Assembly (NCBI GenBank): GCA_018829775.1
Contig: JAHJTL010000005.1
Coordinates: 6,506-70,505 of the forward strand
Direction of reading: 5' to 3'
Source: Chloroflexota bacterium
GTDB lineage: Bacteria; Chloroflexota; Dehalococcoidia; Dehalococcoidales; RBG-16-60-22
DNA length: 64,000 nucleotides
Notes under the pieces: generated by a model
Databases searched by the model: none
The model's input: only the letters and a program-made list of their open reading frames with translations
What the model was told of the DNA's origin: nothing
In this document: piece by piece, positions 47,953-56,738 of the stretch
Position numbering within the stretch: position 1 is the first letter of the stretch
Layout of the letters: the number at the start of each line of letters is the position of its first letter
Program-made: the position numbers and the translations under genes

Positions 47953-47987
47953 AAAAAGAAAAGGGGAGCTGACGCAATATCAGCTCC
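47953..47987 (-). terminator. Rho-independent terminator of the carbamate kinase operon
   Basis: GGAGCTGA (47965-47972) / TCAGCTCC (47980-47987) form an 8-bp stem with a 7-nt loop. On the minus strand it is followed by CCTTTTCTTTTT. Confidence 0.65.
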
Positions 47988-48034
47988 GCGAAAACCCTCT
48001 GCCTTGATTTCAATTTGTGTCTGATTCCTGCATT

Positions 48035-49018
48035 TTACCGGGTAATCCGGGTGCCGGTCTTTCCCTCCAGCGCTTTTAGCGCAGTCTCAGGAAAGGTTAT
48101 AATCACCTCTCGCTCCCGCGACGGGTCTGTCTCTTCCAGGAATATTATGGCCGCCCGGATCTTGGGTTCCATGCTTCCCCTGCCGAAGTGTCCGTCCTCC
48201 AGAAGCTTCCTGGCTTCTGCCAGGCTCAGGTTCTCCAATGCCTTCTGGTGAGGCGAGGCAAAGTCTCGATATACGTGCTCCACAGCCGTAAGAATAAAGA
48301 GGACGTCAGCATCGATCTCTATAGCCAGGCGGGCTGAGGCGTAGTCCTTGTCGATTACCGCTTCAACGCCGCGCAAATTGCGATTGTCCTCCCTCACCAT
48401 CGGGATTCCGCCCCCGCCGACAGCGATTACTATCTCACCGGCATCCAGCATGCTCTTGATAATCCTGGCTTGCTGGATGTTGATCGGTATCGGCGAAGGA
48501 ACGACGCGACGGTAGCCACGGGCGCTGTCTTCGATGATATCCCAGCCCTTCTCCTGCCGCAGCTGTTCCGCCGTGTTTACGTCGTAGAAGGGACCGATGG
48601 GTTTGGAGGGGTCTTTGAAGGCGGGGTCATTCTTGTCCACTATCACCTGAGTCACCACGGTGGTGATATTATGCGGTGCCCCCGCCTGTCTCAGATGGTT
48701 GGCCAGAGTATTCTGAATCATGTAGCCCATGTACCCTTCTGTCTGTGCTCCCAAGACATCTAGGGGCATGGGGGGCACCACGTTTTTTGCCGCCTCATCG
48801 GCGAGGAGTAAGTTGCCAACCTGCGGCCCGTTCCCATGAGTGATTACGACACGGTTCCCACTGCTGAGCAAATCCAGCAGCTGTTCAGCCGTGCGGTCCA
48901 AATTCTCATATTGTTCGTCGGCGGTTCCCTTCTCCTTTGCCCTGAGGATAGAGTTGCCACCAAGAGCAATCACGAATGTCTTGGTTTTGTTTTTATTCGA
49001 AACCATTTCTCTACTCAC
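48035..49018 (-). CDS. arcC: Carbamate kinase
   Basis: 327 aa. FVIALGGNSIL...VVITHGNGPQVGNLLL...GGGGIP. Confidence 0.9.
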   Translation of the reverse strand: MSREMVSNKNKTKTFVIALGGNSILRAKEKGTADEQYENLDRTAEQLLDLLSSGNRVVITHGNGPQVGNLLLADEAAKNVVPPMPLDVLGAQTEGYMGYMIQNTLANHLRQAGAPHNITTVVTQVIVDKNDPAFKDPSKPIGPFYDVNTAEQLRQEKGWDIIEDSARGYRRVVPSPIPINIQQARIIKSMLDAGEIVIAVGGGGIPMVREDNRNLRGVEAVIDKDYASARLAIEIDADVLFILTAVEHVYRDFASPHQKALENLSLAEARKLLEDGHFGRGSMEPKIRAAIIFLEETDPSREREVIITFPETALKALEGKTGTRITR

Positions 49019-49110
49019 CTATTGCACTGCGATGAGGGTGCTCTCTTCCTGTTTCACAGGAAGAGAGCACCCTGCTTCAGCAGATGACTCGTAGAATAAG
49101 GCCTAACTTT

Positions 49111-50670
49111 TTAGTAACGTATGGCTCGGGCCACCTCTTCCTCAGAGGGGGCTTCGAAAATCGCCTCATGCTTTGGCGGGTCTTGCTTCTGGGTTAGCAG
49201 GCACACTGGTACCATCACAAGGAGCGAGACAACCGGCGGAATCAATGTTTCCAAACCGGCCAAATGCTCCGGAATATAAAAGATGCCAAATGCTGGATTG
49301 CCTACTGAAAAGAACAAGATCAATCGAAGGATGGAACCAACAACAACGGCTGACAAAGCCCCGTACGCATTTGCCTTTTTCCAGTATATGCCCAGCGTCA
49401 GAGGAACCAGGCATCCGGCAAAAACCACGTCGAAAGCGAGAACCAGCATCATCCCCGGCTCAGGTTTTACGTAGGCCAGCCAGACCGAAAATGCCATTAC
49501 CGGTATAAGCCAGAGCCGAGCCCACCATAGAAGCCTGTTGTCCAGAACGTGCCAGTCAACAGCTAGCTCTTCAACGCTCACTCCTAATTTTTTGGCTTTT
49601 CTTCTATGTAACGGCAGTAATATGTTTCTGTGCAGTATATTCCGGCCAAATACGGCGGATACGGCCAGTGCCCCCCCGTTGGCAGTGGACAGGCCAGCAC
49701 CGATAACGCCAGCCATAACGAATAGTCCGATGCCCAGAGGCATGGCAGTTGCCGCCAGCACTATAACTGACCTGGGGTCATCGATTTCTGGAAGGAACTG
49801 GAAGGCCATCAAACCAATGAATGAAGCGGCCAGTCCCAGTATGAGCGTGAACCCGGCGCCCCACAAACAGCCCCTTCGAGCTGTTTCCGGGTTCTTAGAG
49901 GCAAAGACTCTTTCCATGAAATCAAGGGCAACCACGTCACCAATGCCGAGCGCCAGGATACCCGCCCAATTCAAAAGCGCCCCATTTTCTATTGAGTATA
50001 AACCACTTAGGTCGGCGTAGCCAGGTGGAATTGCCGCGGCAAAGAAGCCCCAATCACCGCCACCGATGCTGAAAAATATCCAGAGAGCTCCACCAACGAA
50101 TGCCAGCAAAGCGGGATATAGCTGCACTATGTCTGTGGCCGCACATGAGAAAAGCCCGCCGCTAAATGTATAGGCAAGGAGAAGGACACTCATTATGAGC
50201 AGTGCCGGGAAATACTCTACGCCAAAAATCATGTGGATTATCCAGGCGGCACCGGCCAGGTTGCCCGCAACCAGGATGCAAAAACTGAAAGACATGAGCA
50301 GTCCAACGGGGACTTCTACTAGGCGGCTAAACCTCCTGAAGTAGAAATCGGCCAGTGTTATCAGGTTCATCCGGTTCAGGGGCTTGGCGTACCATATCGC
50401 GACGACAACAAGGCACAAAGCCAGCCCCAGCGGGAACATGAATCCAGCCCAGAACCCGAAGGTATACACGCCGCCTGCATTACCCAGCGTGGCGTTGGCA
50501 TCCAGTGCCTGGGCGAACAACATGGTGCCTATCAGGAAAAGGGGCAGTCGCTTTCCAGCAATGATGAAGCGCCTTCCACTCCCCCGTACCAAGAAATACA
50601 TGGATATACCAACGAGGACGTAAAACGCCACAAGGATAATCAAACCAATCTGATAACCGTCCATGCGCAC
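49111..50670 (-). CDS. Sodium:solute symporter (SSS) family transporter
   Basis: 519 aa, about 13 TM. N-terminal YFLVRGSGRRFIIAGKRLP is typical of the SSS family. Confidence 0.8.
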   Translation of the reverse strand: MRMDGYQIGLIILVAFYVLVGISMYFLVRGSGRRFIIAGKRLPLFLIGTMLFAQALDANATLGNAGGVYTFGFWAGFMFPLGLALCLVVVAIWYAKPLNRMNLITLADFYFRRFSRLVEVPVGLLMSFSFCILVAGNLAGAAWIIHMIFGVEYFPALLIMSVLLLAYTFSGGLFSCAATDIVQLYPALLAFVGGALWIFFSIGGGDWGFFAAAIPPGYADLSGLYSIENGALLNWAGILALGIGDVVALDFMERVFASKNPETARRGCLWGAGFTLILGLAASFIGLMAFQFLPEIDDPRSVIVLAATAMPLGIGLFVMAGVIGAGLSTANGGALAVSAVFGRNILHRNILLPLHRRKAKKLGVSVEELAVDWHVLDNRLLWWARLWLIPVMAFSVWLAYVKPEPGMMLVLAFDVVFAGCLVPLTLGIYWKKANAYGALSAVVVGSILRLILFFSVGNPAFGIFYIPEHLAGLETLIPPVVSLLVMVPVCLLTQKQDPPKHEAIFEAPSEEEVARAIRY

Positions 50671-50774
50671 TCTCCTTTACTTTTTTTAGTTTAAGGAAGA
50701 TTCATCCATTATAATAATTTTCAAGAAGCACCCCGGCACGGGGCGCCGCATTTTACCTGGTCTCAGAGCACTCA

Positions 50775-51962
50775 TCAATAACCCTCAATCTGTTTGGGGA
50801 AGTAATCCTCGCATTTGCCCTCGCGATAGACGTCCAGCGTGGTGCAATGCAGAGCTCCACCAAACGGGATCACCTTTTCATACGGGATGGGGACCACCTC
50901 AAAACCGAGCTTATCCAGCTGCTCACAGTACGCTGTCTCGTGCGCCTCCACACAGACCGTCTTCGGGTCGATGGAGAAGGTGTTCATTGATATCCACGAC
51001 TTACCCTCATACAGCCCGGTCAGGTATACCTTGTTCTTATGCACGTGGACCGGCCTCGCTGCGGGAATCAGTTCCCAGTCGTTTATCTTGAATAATTCCC
51101 ACATCTCCGGAGTACGCGGCGCCCAGTCTGGATTGTATACTGCCAGCCCCGGCCGCAGCGGTACCAGGTTCACATCGATGTGCCACGGGTGATAGTTGTC
51201 CGGTCTGTCAGGCGAGGGGGGCCAGGGAGTGTCGAACAGGACATGGTGCACCCTGATGCCGAGCGACGCGAACATACGCTTCAGCCAGTCCATGCCACCC
51301 TTGTTCGTCACGCACGAGCCCTGGTGGAAGATGTCCTTACCAAACCGCATGGCATCGGCGGCGTCCCACAGTGGTTCCTTCTCGGACAGCTGGAACTCCC
51401 AGTTGTGCAGCCTCTGCTTCTTCTGCTCATCCGTCCACGTATGCTCGAAGTCATAGTAGTAGTTCCTGACGTAGGACTCATCCGTGAGCATCGGTATGGG
51501 CGCTGCAAAATGAACTACCCCGGGGTCTTCCTTGAAGTACCGTTCAAAGATCGGCCGGAGATTCATACGTTCCCAGTAGCGTGTTCGACGGCAGGTCGTG
51601 GCCTCAACGATGTAGTTGCCATGAATCATGGTGATGTCGCGGGTGTTGTTGACGCCATGGCAGTTAAGCTGCGTCCAATACGGGTTCGAAACCGGCACAT
51701 TCAGCATGAAGGGCTGAATGTCTACTCGCTCGACGGTGACGCCCCGCTTCTCAAGCACTGACACTAAATAGTTCATCTGCTCGTTGGCCGCATCCACCAT
51801 CTCCTGCGGGAACGGTCCCCACTGCCCCAGCGGAAACCCGCCCAGCGGGAGGTCATACCACCAGGCCGGTTCCGGAGCCGGAACGTTAGTGCCCTCTGGC
51901 CTTCCTATGATCACACGCTTCAACGGGTCCCATTCATTCCAAGAGTTTACGATCTTTGCCAT
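50775..51962 (-). CDS. Amidinotransferase, L-arginine:glycine amidinotransferase (AGAT/StrB1)-like
   Basis: Collinear with my recollection of AGAT: NSWNEWDPLKRVIIG, FDAADAMRFGKDIF, WHIDV, and GGALHCTTLDV with the catalytic Cys. AAAGGAG SD. Confidence 0.8.
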   Translation of the reverse strand: MAKIVNSWNEWDPLKRVIIGRPEGTNVPAPEPAWWYDLPLGGFPLGQWGPFPQEMVDAANEQMNYLVSVLEKRGVTVERVDIQPFMLNVPVSNPYWTQLNCHGVNNTRDITMIHGNYIVEATTCRRTRYWERMNLRPIFERYFKEDPGVVHFAAPIPMLTDESYVRNYYYDFEHTWTDEQKKQRLHNWEFQLSEKEPLWDAADAMRFGKDIFHQGSCVTNKGGMDWLKRMFASLGIRVHHVLFDTPWPPSPDRPDNYHPWHIDVNLVPLRPGLAVYNPDWAPRTPEMWELFKINDWELIPAARPVHVHKNKVYLTGLYEGKSWISMNTFSIDPKTVCVEAHETAYCEQLDKLGFEVVPIPYEKVIPFGGALHCTTLDVYREGKCEDYFPKQIEGY

Positions 51963-51999
51963 TGCAATACACTCCTTTTAATGTACTCTTTGCTCTGAC

Positions 52000-52044
52000 T
52001 CAGGCTGTGCCGTAATCTCTCCTGGCACTATTCATTTCTACCAA
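52000..52044 (-). CDS. 14-codon upstream ORF (MVEMNSARRDYGTA) in the amidinotransferase leader
   Basis: TTG start 6 nt after the strongest SD I noted in the window (AAGGAGGTGA, 52060-51). It contains tandem Arg codons AGG AGA and stops 37 nt before the amidinotransferase ATG. Confidence 0.3.
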   Translation of the reverse strand: MVEMNSARRDYGTA

Positions 52045-52120
52045 ATTGAATCACCTCCTTCTCTGGATTGTACATTAACTTTTGTCATTCTCTATTTTCA
52101 AACAATCGCAATTGCAACAG

Positions 52121-52189
52121 AGGGTGTATCGAACACCCAAATCGTACTCGGTACCGAATTACCGATACGAGGGGAAAACGATACACCCT
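52121..52189 (-). promoter_or_regulatory. 69-nt extended imperfect hairpin/palindrome between the COG2403 gene and the amidinotransferase gene
   Basis: The outer stem is a perfect 11 bp, AGGGTGTATCG/CGATACACCCT. The inner stems are CGTA-TCGGTA / TACCGA-G-TACG plus CCC/GGG. No U-tract follows. Confidence 0.5.
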
Positions 52190-52234
52190 TCTCCCGCACC
52201 ATAATTTTCACACCTCTCCGGAAAAGTTTGTTTT

Positions 52235-53584
52235 CTATTTCATGGGAAGATTATGCGCCTTTCCAAACTCGGATAATATTTCGCCCAAGTTCGGCGTTCC
52301 GATTTCCTGAAGGTCATAATAGACCCTCGTGTTCGGTTTCTTGATGTCGATGAGCCTGCTTAAGTCGATAGGGGTGGCCACCACCACCGCATCACAATCG
52401 GTCTTGTTGATGGTCGCCTCCAGGTCTTTAAGCTGCTGTTGGCCGTATCCCGTTGCCGGCAGGAGTGTTCCGATATTCGGCCAGAGTTTGAAGGTCTCGG
52501 TGATGCTTCCGACGGTGTAGGGCCTGGGGTCTACCAGTTCTGCTGCGCCGTACCGTTGAGCAGCAACCGTACCCGCGCCTATTTTCATCTCTCCATGCGT
52601 TAGCGTAGGGCCGTCTTCGATAACAAGCACTCTCTTTCCCTTGATTACATCCGGATTATCAACCCGAATCGGAGAGGCGGCATCAACTACGATTGCATCC
52701 GGATTTACCCTGGCAATACTATTTCGTACCTTCAGGATATTCTCGGGAGCGGCGCTGTCGATTTTATTGATAACCACCACATCGGCGATTCTCAAGTTGA
52801 TTTCCCCGGGATAATAGGAAACCTCATGGCCCGGACGGTGAGGGTCGGCAACAGTTATCATCAGGTCGGGCTTGAAGAACGGGAAGTCATTGTTCCCCCC
52901 GTCCCAGACGACAACATCGCAGCCTTTAGGGTCTTCTTCGGCAGCCCTTAAAATGGCCTGGTAGTCCACCCCTGCGTATATAACGTTTCCGCGTGTGACG
53001 TGCGGCTCGTACTCTTCCATTTCTTCGACGGTACATTTGTGCTTCTCCAGGTCCCCCAGCTCGGCAAAGCGCTGTACCTTCTGGGCAACCAGGTCACCGT
53101 ACGGCATGGGGTGGCGTACGGCGATGACTTTCAAGCCCTTTTCCATGAGAAGCTCTATGACCCTTCTCGAAGTCTGGCTCTTGCCGGAGCCCGTTCTCAC
53201 CGCACAAACTGCGATAACAGGTTTCTTGCTTGTGAGCATCGTATCCCTGGGTCCGAGCATCATATAGTTTGCCCCGGCGGCATTTACGATGGCCCCGACA
53301 CCCATCACGTGCTGGTAGGATACATCGCTGTAGGAAAAGACACAGGTATCAACATTCAACTCTTTTATAAGCTGCGGCAATTGCTCCTCCGCGTAGATTG
53401 GGATTCCCTCCGGATAGAGATTGCCTGCCAGCTCGGCCGGATATGGTCTCCCGGAGATGCCGGGTACCTGGTGTGAACCGGTGAAGCCTACCACGTTGTA
53501 CTCTTCGTTGTCCCTGAAATACATGTTGAAGTTGTGAAAGTCTCTTCCCGCAGAGCCGATAATAAGTATATTTTTCTTCCTCAT
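52235..53584 (-). CDS. COG2403-family P-loop protein (usually annotated cyclic 2,3-diphosphoglycerate synthetase / predicted GTPase); possible arginine synthetase-like enzyme
   Basis: MRKKNILIIGSAGRDFHNFN N-terminus and Walker A-like AVRTGSGKSQT. ATG 53584 is preferred over the TTG at 53659. The family was recognised from memory. Confidence 0.65.
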   Translation of the reverse strand: MRKKNILIIGSAGRDFHNFNMYFRDNEEYNVVGFTGSHQVPGISGRPYPAELAGNLYPEGIPIYAEEQLPQLIKELNVDTCVFSYSDVSYQHVMGVGAIVNAAGANYMMLGPRDTMLTSKKPVIAVCAVRTGSGKSQTSRRVIELLMEKGLKVIAVRHPMPYGDLVAQKVQRFAELGDLEKHKCTVEEMEEYEPHVTRGNVIYAGVDYQAILRAAEEDPKGCDVVVWDGGNNDFPFFKPDLMITVADPHRPGHEVSYYPGEINLRIADVVVINKIDSAAPENILKVRNSIARVNPDAIVVDAASPIRVDNPDVIKGKRVLVIEDGPTLTHGEMKIGAGTVAAQRYGAAELVDPRPYTVGSITETFKLWPNIGTLLPATGYGQQQLKDLEATINKTDCDAVVVATPIDLSRLIDIKKPNTRVYYDLQEIGTPNLGEILSEFGKAHNLPMK

Positions 53585-53679
53585 AATTACTTCTTGCTCT
53601 CTGATTTTGTTTTCCTCTTTCTTGACCTGGGTTCCTGCATAAAAGGGGACATCCTTCAAAAAAAGACGGAGTTGTCGTC

Positions 53680-53708
53680 ATTATAGAGATTTACTTACCA
53701 CTTTGCAA
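53680..53708 (-). promoter_or_regulatory. Promoter of the COG2403-amidinotransferase-SSS-arcC cluster
   Basis: Minus strand reads TTGCAA (53708-53703), 17-nt spacer, TATAAT (53685-53680). Confidence 0.55.
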
Positions 53709-53811
53709 GATGTTTCGGGACAATTGATTATTAAAATTAATAAAAAGCAAAGTGTAAGAAAACGCCGGAGAGAAAGCCGGCAGAGTTACTTGAGAGCTAG
53801 CACTTGGCTTC

Positions 53812-54585
53812 TCAAGGGAAGAGTTTTTCGACGTCGCGGACTGAGTCGAAGATATAGTCCGGGACAACAACTGGAGATTCCAAATCGCTTTCCCGGAACT
53901 CCCCCGTTTTTACCAGCGCTGTCTTAAGACCTGCATTTTTGGCACCCAGAATGTCAGCCCTGACCCTGTCTCCCACCATAAGGATTTTGCTCCTGTCGAC
54001 ATTTCCCATGGTATCGAGGGTGATATCGAAAATGTAACGATTCGGCTTTCCGATATAAGTGGCCTTGATGCCGGCAGCGTCTTCGAGCATTTTCCCGTAA
54101 GCTCCCACCGTTAGCTCCATCTCTCCCAGACTACTGTCCACGGTTTCTGTAATCATAACTATCAATTTTGCGCCTTTGCAGAGGAGCCGGACTGCCTTGT
54201 TCAGGTTCTGAAAATTGAAATCCTCGCGGAAATCTCCAAGAACAAGATACTCGGGATTATCCGGGTCGTGCCGGAAATTGCGAAACTCCTCCAGTCCTTC
54301 CCCCTTTAACCATACCCAGCAAGACCTCGGACTCAGGGTTTCCAGATATCGAGCGGTGGCAAAAGAAGCGGTAACGACCTCGTGCTCGTAAATGCTGAAA
54401 CCCTTCTTGTTTAGTTTTTCCGTGCATGACCTCCTGCTTTTTAAGGTACTGTTGGAGAGGACTCGAATGGGAACCCGCCTTCTGCGAAGCGAAACGAGTA
54501 GCTCGACGGCTCCAGAATAGGCTTTTCCCTGGAACTCGAGTACCCCGTCGAGATCGAATATGACACCTTCTATCTTGTCTTTCAC
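53812..54585 (-). CDS. HAD-superfamily subfamily IIA hydrolase (NagD-like phosphatase)
   Basis: VIFDLDGVL (motif I), SNS (motif II) and MVGDRVRADILGA (motif IV). Confidence 0.8.
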   Translation of the reverse strand: MKDKIEGVIFDLDGVLEFQGKAYSGAVELLVSLRRRRVPIRVLSNSTLKSRRSCTEKLNKKGFSIYEHEVVTASFATARYLETLSPRSCWVWLKGEGLEEFRNFRHDPDNPEYLVLGDFREDFNFQNLNKAVRLLCKGAKLIVMITETVDSSLGEMELTVGAYGKMLEDAAGIKATYIGKPNRYIFDITLDTMGNVDRSKILMVGDRVRADILGAKNAGLKTALVKTGEFRESDLESPVVVPDYIFDSVRDVEKLFP

Positions 54586-54846
54586 GGTCGTACCCTGGTT
54601 TCCTCTGGTACGCCAGAATGGCTAAGTGCTTTTCATGCCCATCCTGACACCGAGCTCGACTAAGGGCCTGTCGCGGGGTATGTAACCTTTGCGAGTCTTG
54701 TGGTCATCGATAGCATTGAGCAGTTTCTGGCCCGCTATATCCTCCGTGTACGGCGGCAGGGACTTGGGTACCCTTACCTCTCCTGGGGGCCCAGAACCGT
54801 TGACATAATCTCTAGAAACAGGAAAATCGAGCTCAAACCACTGATG

Positions 54847-54923
54847 TGGTGGGCAGTAGAGGACTTGAACCTCTGACCTCTGCGATGTCAACGCAGCGCT
54901 CTAACCAACTGAGCTAACCGCCC
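54847..54923 (-). tRNA. tRNA-Val (anticodon GAC), CCA encoded
   Basis: The reverse complement folds as a canonical cloverleaf: GGGCGGT TA GCTC AGTTGGTTA GAGC G CTGCG TTGACAT CGCAG AGGTC AGAGG TTCAAGT CCTCT ACTGCCC A CCA. Confidence 0.92.
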
Positions 54924-55080
54924 ATTGCACCATAATTCTACAAAACGCTCTGTCTTTCGTCAACTGTAATTGTCAGGCTGCATTGCGGTTGTTGATTTGC
55001 TGTTTTCGGGAGGAAGGTGGTGTAATTCGATCTCCGGTGTGATAAAATACTAGCTACATTCGATAACGTGGAGGCTTGAT

Positions 55081-55989
55081 ATGAATTTTCTGAGAGGTCT
55101 GCTGGCAACGCTGCTGATGTTTCTCCTCTTTCTGTCACTGGCCGCTTTTGGCACGCTGTTTGCGCTGCGCAGTACATTGCTCGACCCGGACTTCGTCGTG
55201 GCGCAGGTGGAAAAACTGGATGTGGCGGCGCTGACAGAGGAAATGACCGATTTTCAGTTAAGCGGGGAGATACCGCCGGAAGCTGCCTTTCTTGAGGAGG
55301 CACTCCGCAACGCCATTGTCGAAAATGAGCCACAGCTGAAGGAGCAGGTGAACGCCGCCATCTACTCCGGCTACGATTATCTGCTCGGCAAGAGTGACCA
55401 GCTGAATATGGTTATTTCCTTTGAACCGATAAAGGCCGACCTGAAAGACAGGCTGTGGCTGCTTTTCCAGCAGAACACAGAAAGCCTGCCGCCGGAGGTT
55501 GCCGCCCTGCCACCGGAAATGCTGGAGCAGTATTTTGAGCAATTTTACCAGCAGTTTGAGGCCGAGATACCATCTGAATTTGTTATTGATGAAAGCTCCG
55601 TCCCGCCGGAAATAATGCCTCTGGTTGATACGGCACGGGAGTATACCAGATATACCGAGACGGCTTACTACGGACTGATAGCCCTCATGATGGTGCTGGT
55701 GCTGGGCATAATTCTGCTGCACCGTAGCGTCAAGGGCGTGACAAGAGAGCTGGGCGTAACCTTCTTGATATATGGAGCCATTGAGTATGCCGGTGTCTGG
55801 GCGACCCAGCGCTATTCTTCCAGTATCCCGCTGCCGGATATACCGCCATCAATACAGGCCTGGCTCAACGGGTTTATCGCCGACCTGATTGCCCCAATGC
55901 AGGTCCTGGGGATAGGGCTGATGGCCGCTGGGGCGGCGCTGATTATCATTTCTTTCGTTTACCCGCGGCTGCGGCCGGCGGAGGAATAA
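55081..55989 (+). CDS. Hypothetical membrane protein (N-terminal TM, acidic extracytoplasmic domain, C-terminal TM bundle)
   Basis: 302-aa ORF with no recognisable domain. Confidence 0.55.
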   Translation: MNFLRGLLATLLMFLLFLSLAAFGTLFALRSTLLDPDFVVAQVEKLDVAALTEEMTDFQLSGEIPPEAAFLEEALRNAIVENEPQLKEQVNAAIYSGYDYLLGKSDQLNMVISFEPIKADLKDRLWLLFQQNTESLPPEVAALPPEMLEQYFEQFYQQFEAEIPSEFVIDESSVPPEIMPLVDTAREYTRYTETAYYGLIALMMVLVLGIILLHRSVKGVTRELGVTFLIYGAIEYAGVWATQRYSSSIPLPDIPPSIQAWLNGFIADLIAPMQVLGIGLMAAGAALIIISFVYPRLRPAEE

Positions 55990-56642
55990 GTAATACCTCC
56001 CACCCCACCCATCACCACCGCTCCCACTGTTGTGGCGATGGCAATGAAAACGGTGGCGTCGTACCAGAAGCCGCGCGGAAATAGCATTATCAGGTAGTCC
56101 TTGCTCGGGTCAAGCTGCCAGAGCTCGTTGGTGAAGCTGAGCAGGTGAAACTGGAGAAATAGCTGGTCGAAATTGAGCATAGCGCCGATTCCGAGGAGCA
56201 GCATCAGGCCTAAAGTCAAGCCACTGCCCCAGACCAATCCATGCGCCAGTCGTCGCCACTCTTTTCGCCAGATAGAGAAGCTAGCGTAAACAAGCGCATA
56301 AACCAAAGTCCCCAGGAATATCCAGTAGTCCAGCCAGAACAGGGTTTTGACGTCTTTCAGGTGGGCAACCTCCTTATCGTTGAAAAGGGTGAATGACTGG
56401 CCATCTTTCATCACGGTCAGGCTGATGGTTTCTTCGCCGGAATTAAAGTAGCCTATAAGCCCTCCGGCGGCTTTATCCAGCTCAGCATCAGATAGGCCCG
56501 TCGTCTGGCCCACCTCATATTTATCGAAGCCGTGGCGATAAAGGGCAGCGCAATTGGCCGCCCCGCCAATGCTTGCCGAAAACAGCAGCATAGGCAGGCA
56601 GAGAATGAAAAGCCACTTCGTTATCCCATAAAAAATTTTCAT
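55959..56642 (-). CDS. TIGR01906/DUF1461-family integral membrane protein
   Basis: 227 aa. N-terminal TM, then YRHGFDKYEV...LIGYFNS region and 3-4 C-terminal TM helices, as in DUF1461 proteins. Its 3' end overlaps the convergent gene by 31 nt. Confidence 0.6.
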   Translation of the reverse strand: MKIFYGITKWLFILCLPMLLFSASIGGAANCAALYRHGFDKYEVGQTTGLSDAELDKAAGGLIGYFNSGEETISLTVMKDGQSFTLFNDKEVAHLKDVKTLFWLDYWIFLGTLVYALVYASFSIWRKEWRRLAHGLVWGSGLTLGLMLLLGIGAMLNFDQLFLQFHLLSFTNELWQLDPSKDYLIMLFPRGFWYDATVFIAIATTVGAVVMGGVGGITYSSAGRSRG

Positions 56643-56738
56643 TCTGATATTCAGATTTTACAATTTTTAAGCTGGACAATGATACAGCGACATCGAAGCC
56701 CTGTGCTATAATTATGTAGATTTTTCACTGAAGAAGCT

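Noticed and set aside
50728-50746. Short GC hairpin (CCCCG-GCA-CGGGG) between the amidinotransferase and symporter genes
   Set aside because: It has a 5-bp stem, a 3-nt loop and only a weak UUCUUG tail on the transcribed strand. That is insufficient to call a terminator or attenuator.
54622-54891. 89-aa ORF on the minus strand reading through tRNA-Val
   Set aside because: Its N-terminal third is the tRNA-Val gene itself. Downstream of the tRNA there is no ATG, GTG or TTG start with an SD. The region is more simply the promoter and leader of the HAD hydrolase gene. A decayed gene remnant cannot be excluded.
55959-55989. 31-nt overlap of the convergent genes 55081-55989 (+) and 55959-56642 (-)
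   Set aside because: Convergent 3'-end overlaps of this size are common in compact genomes, and neither ORF has an alternative earlier stop. It is noted but not considered functionally special.
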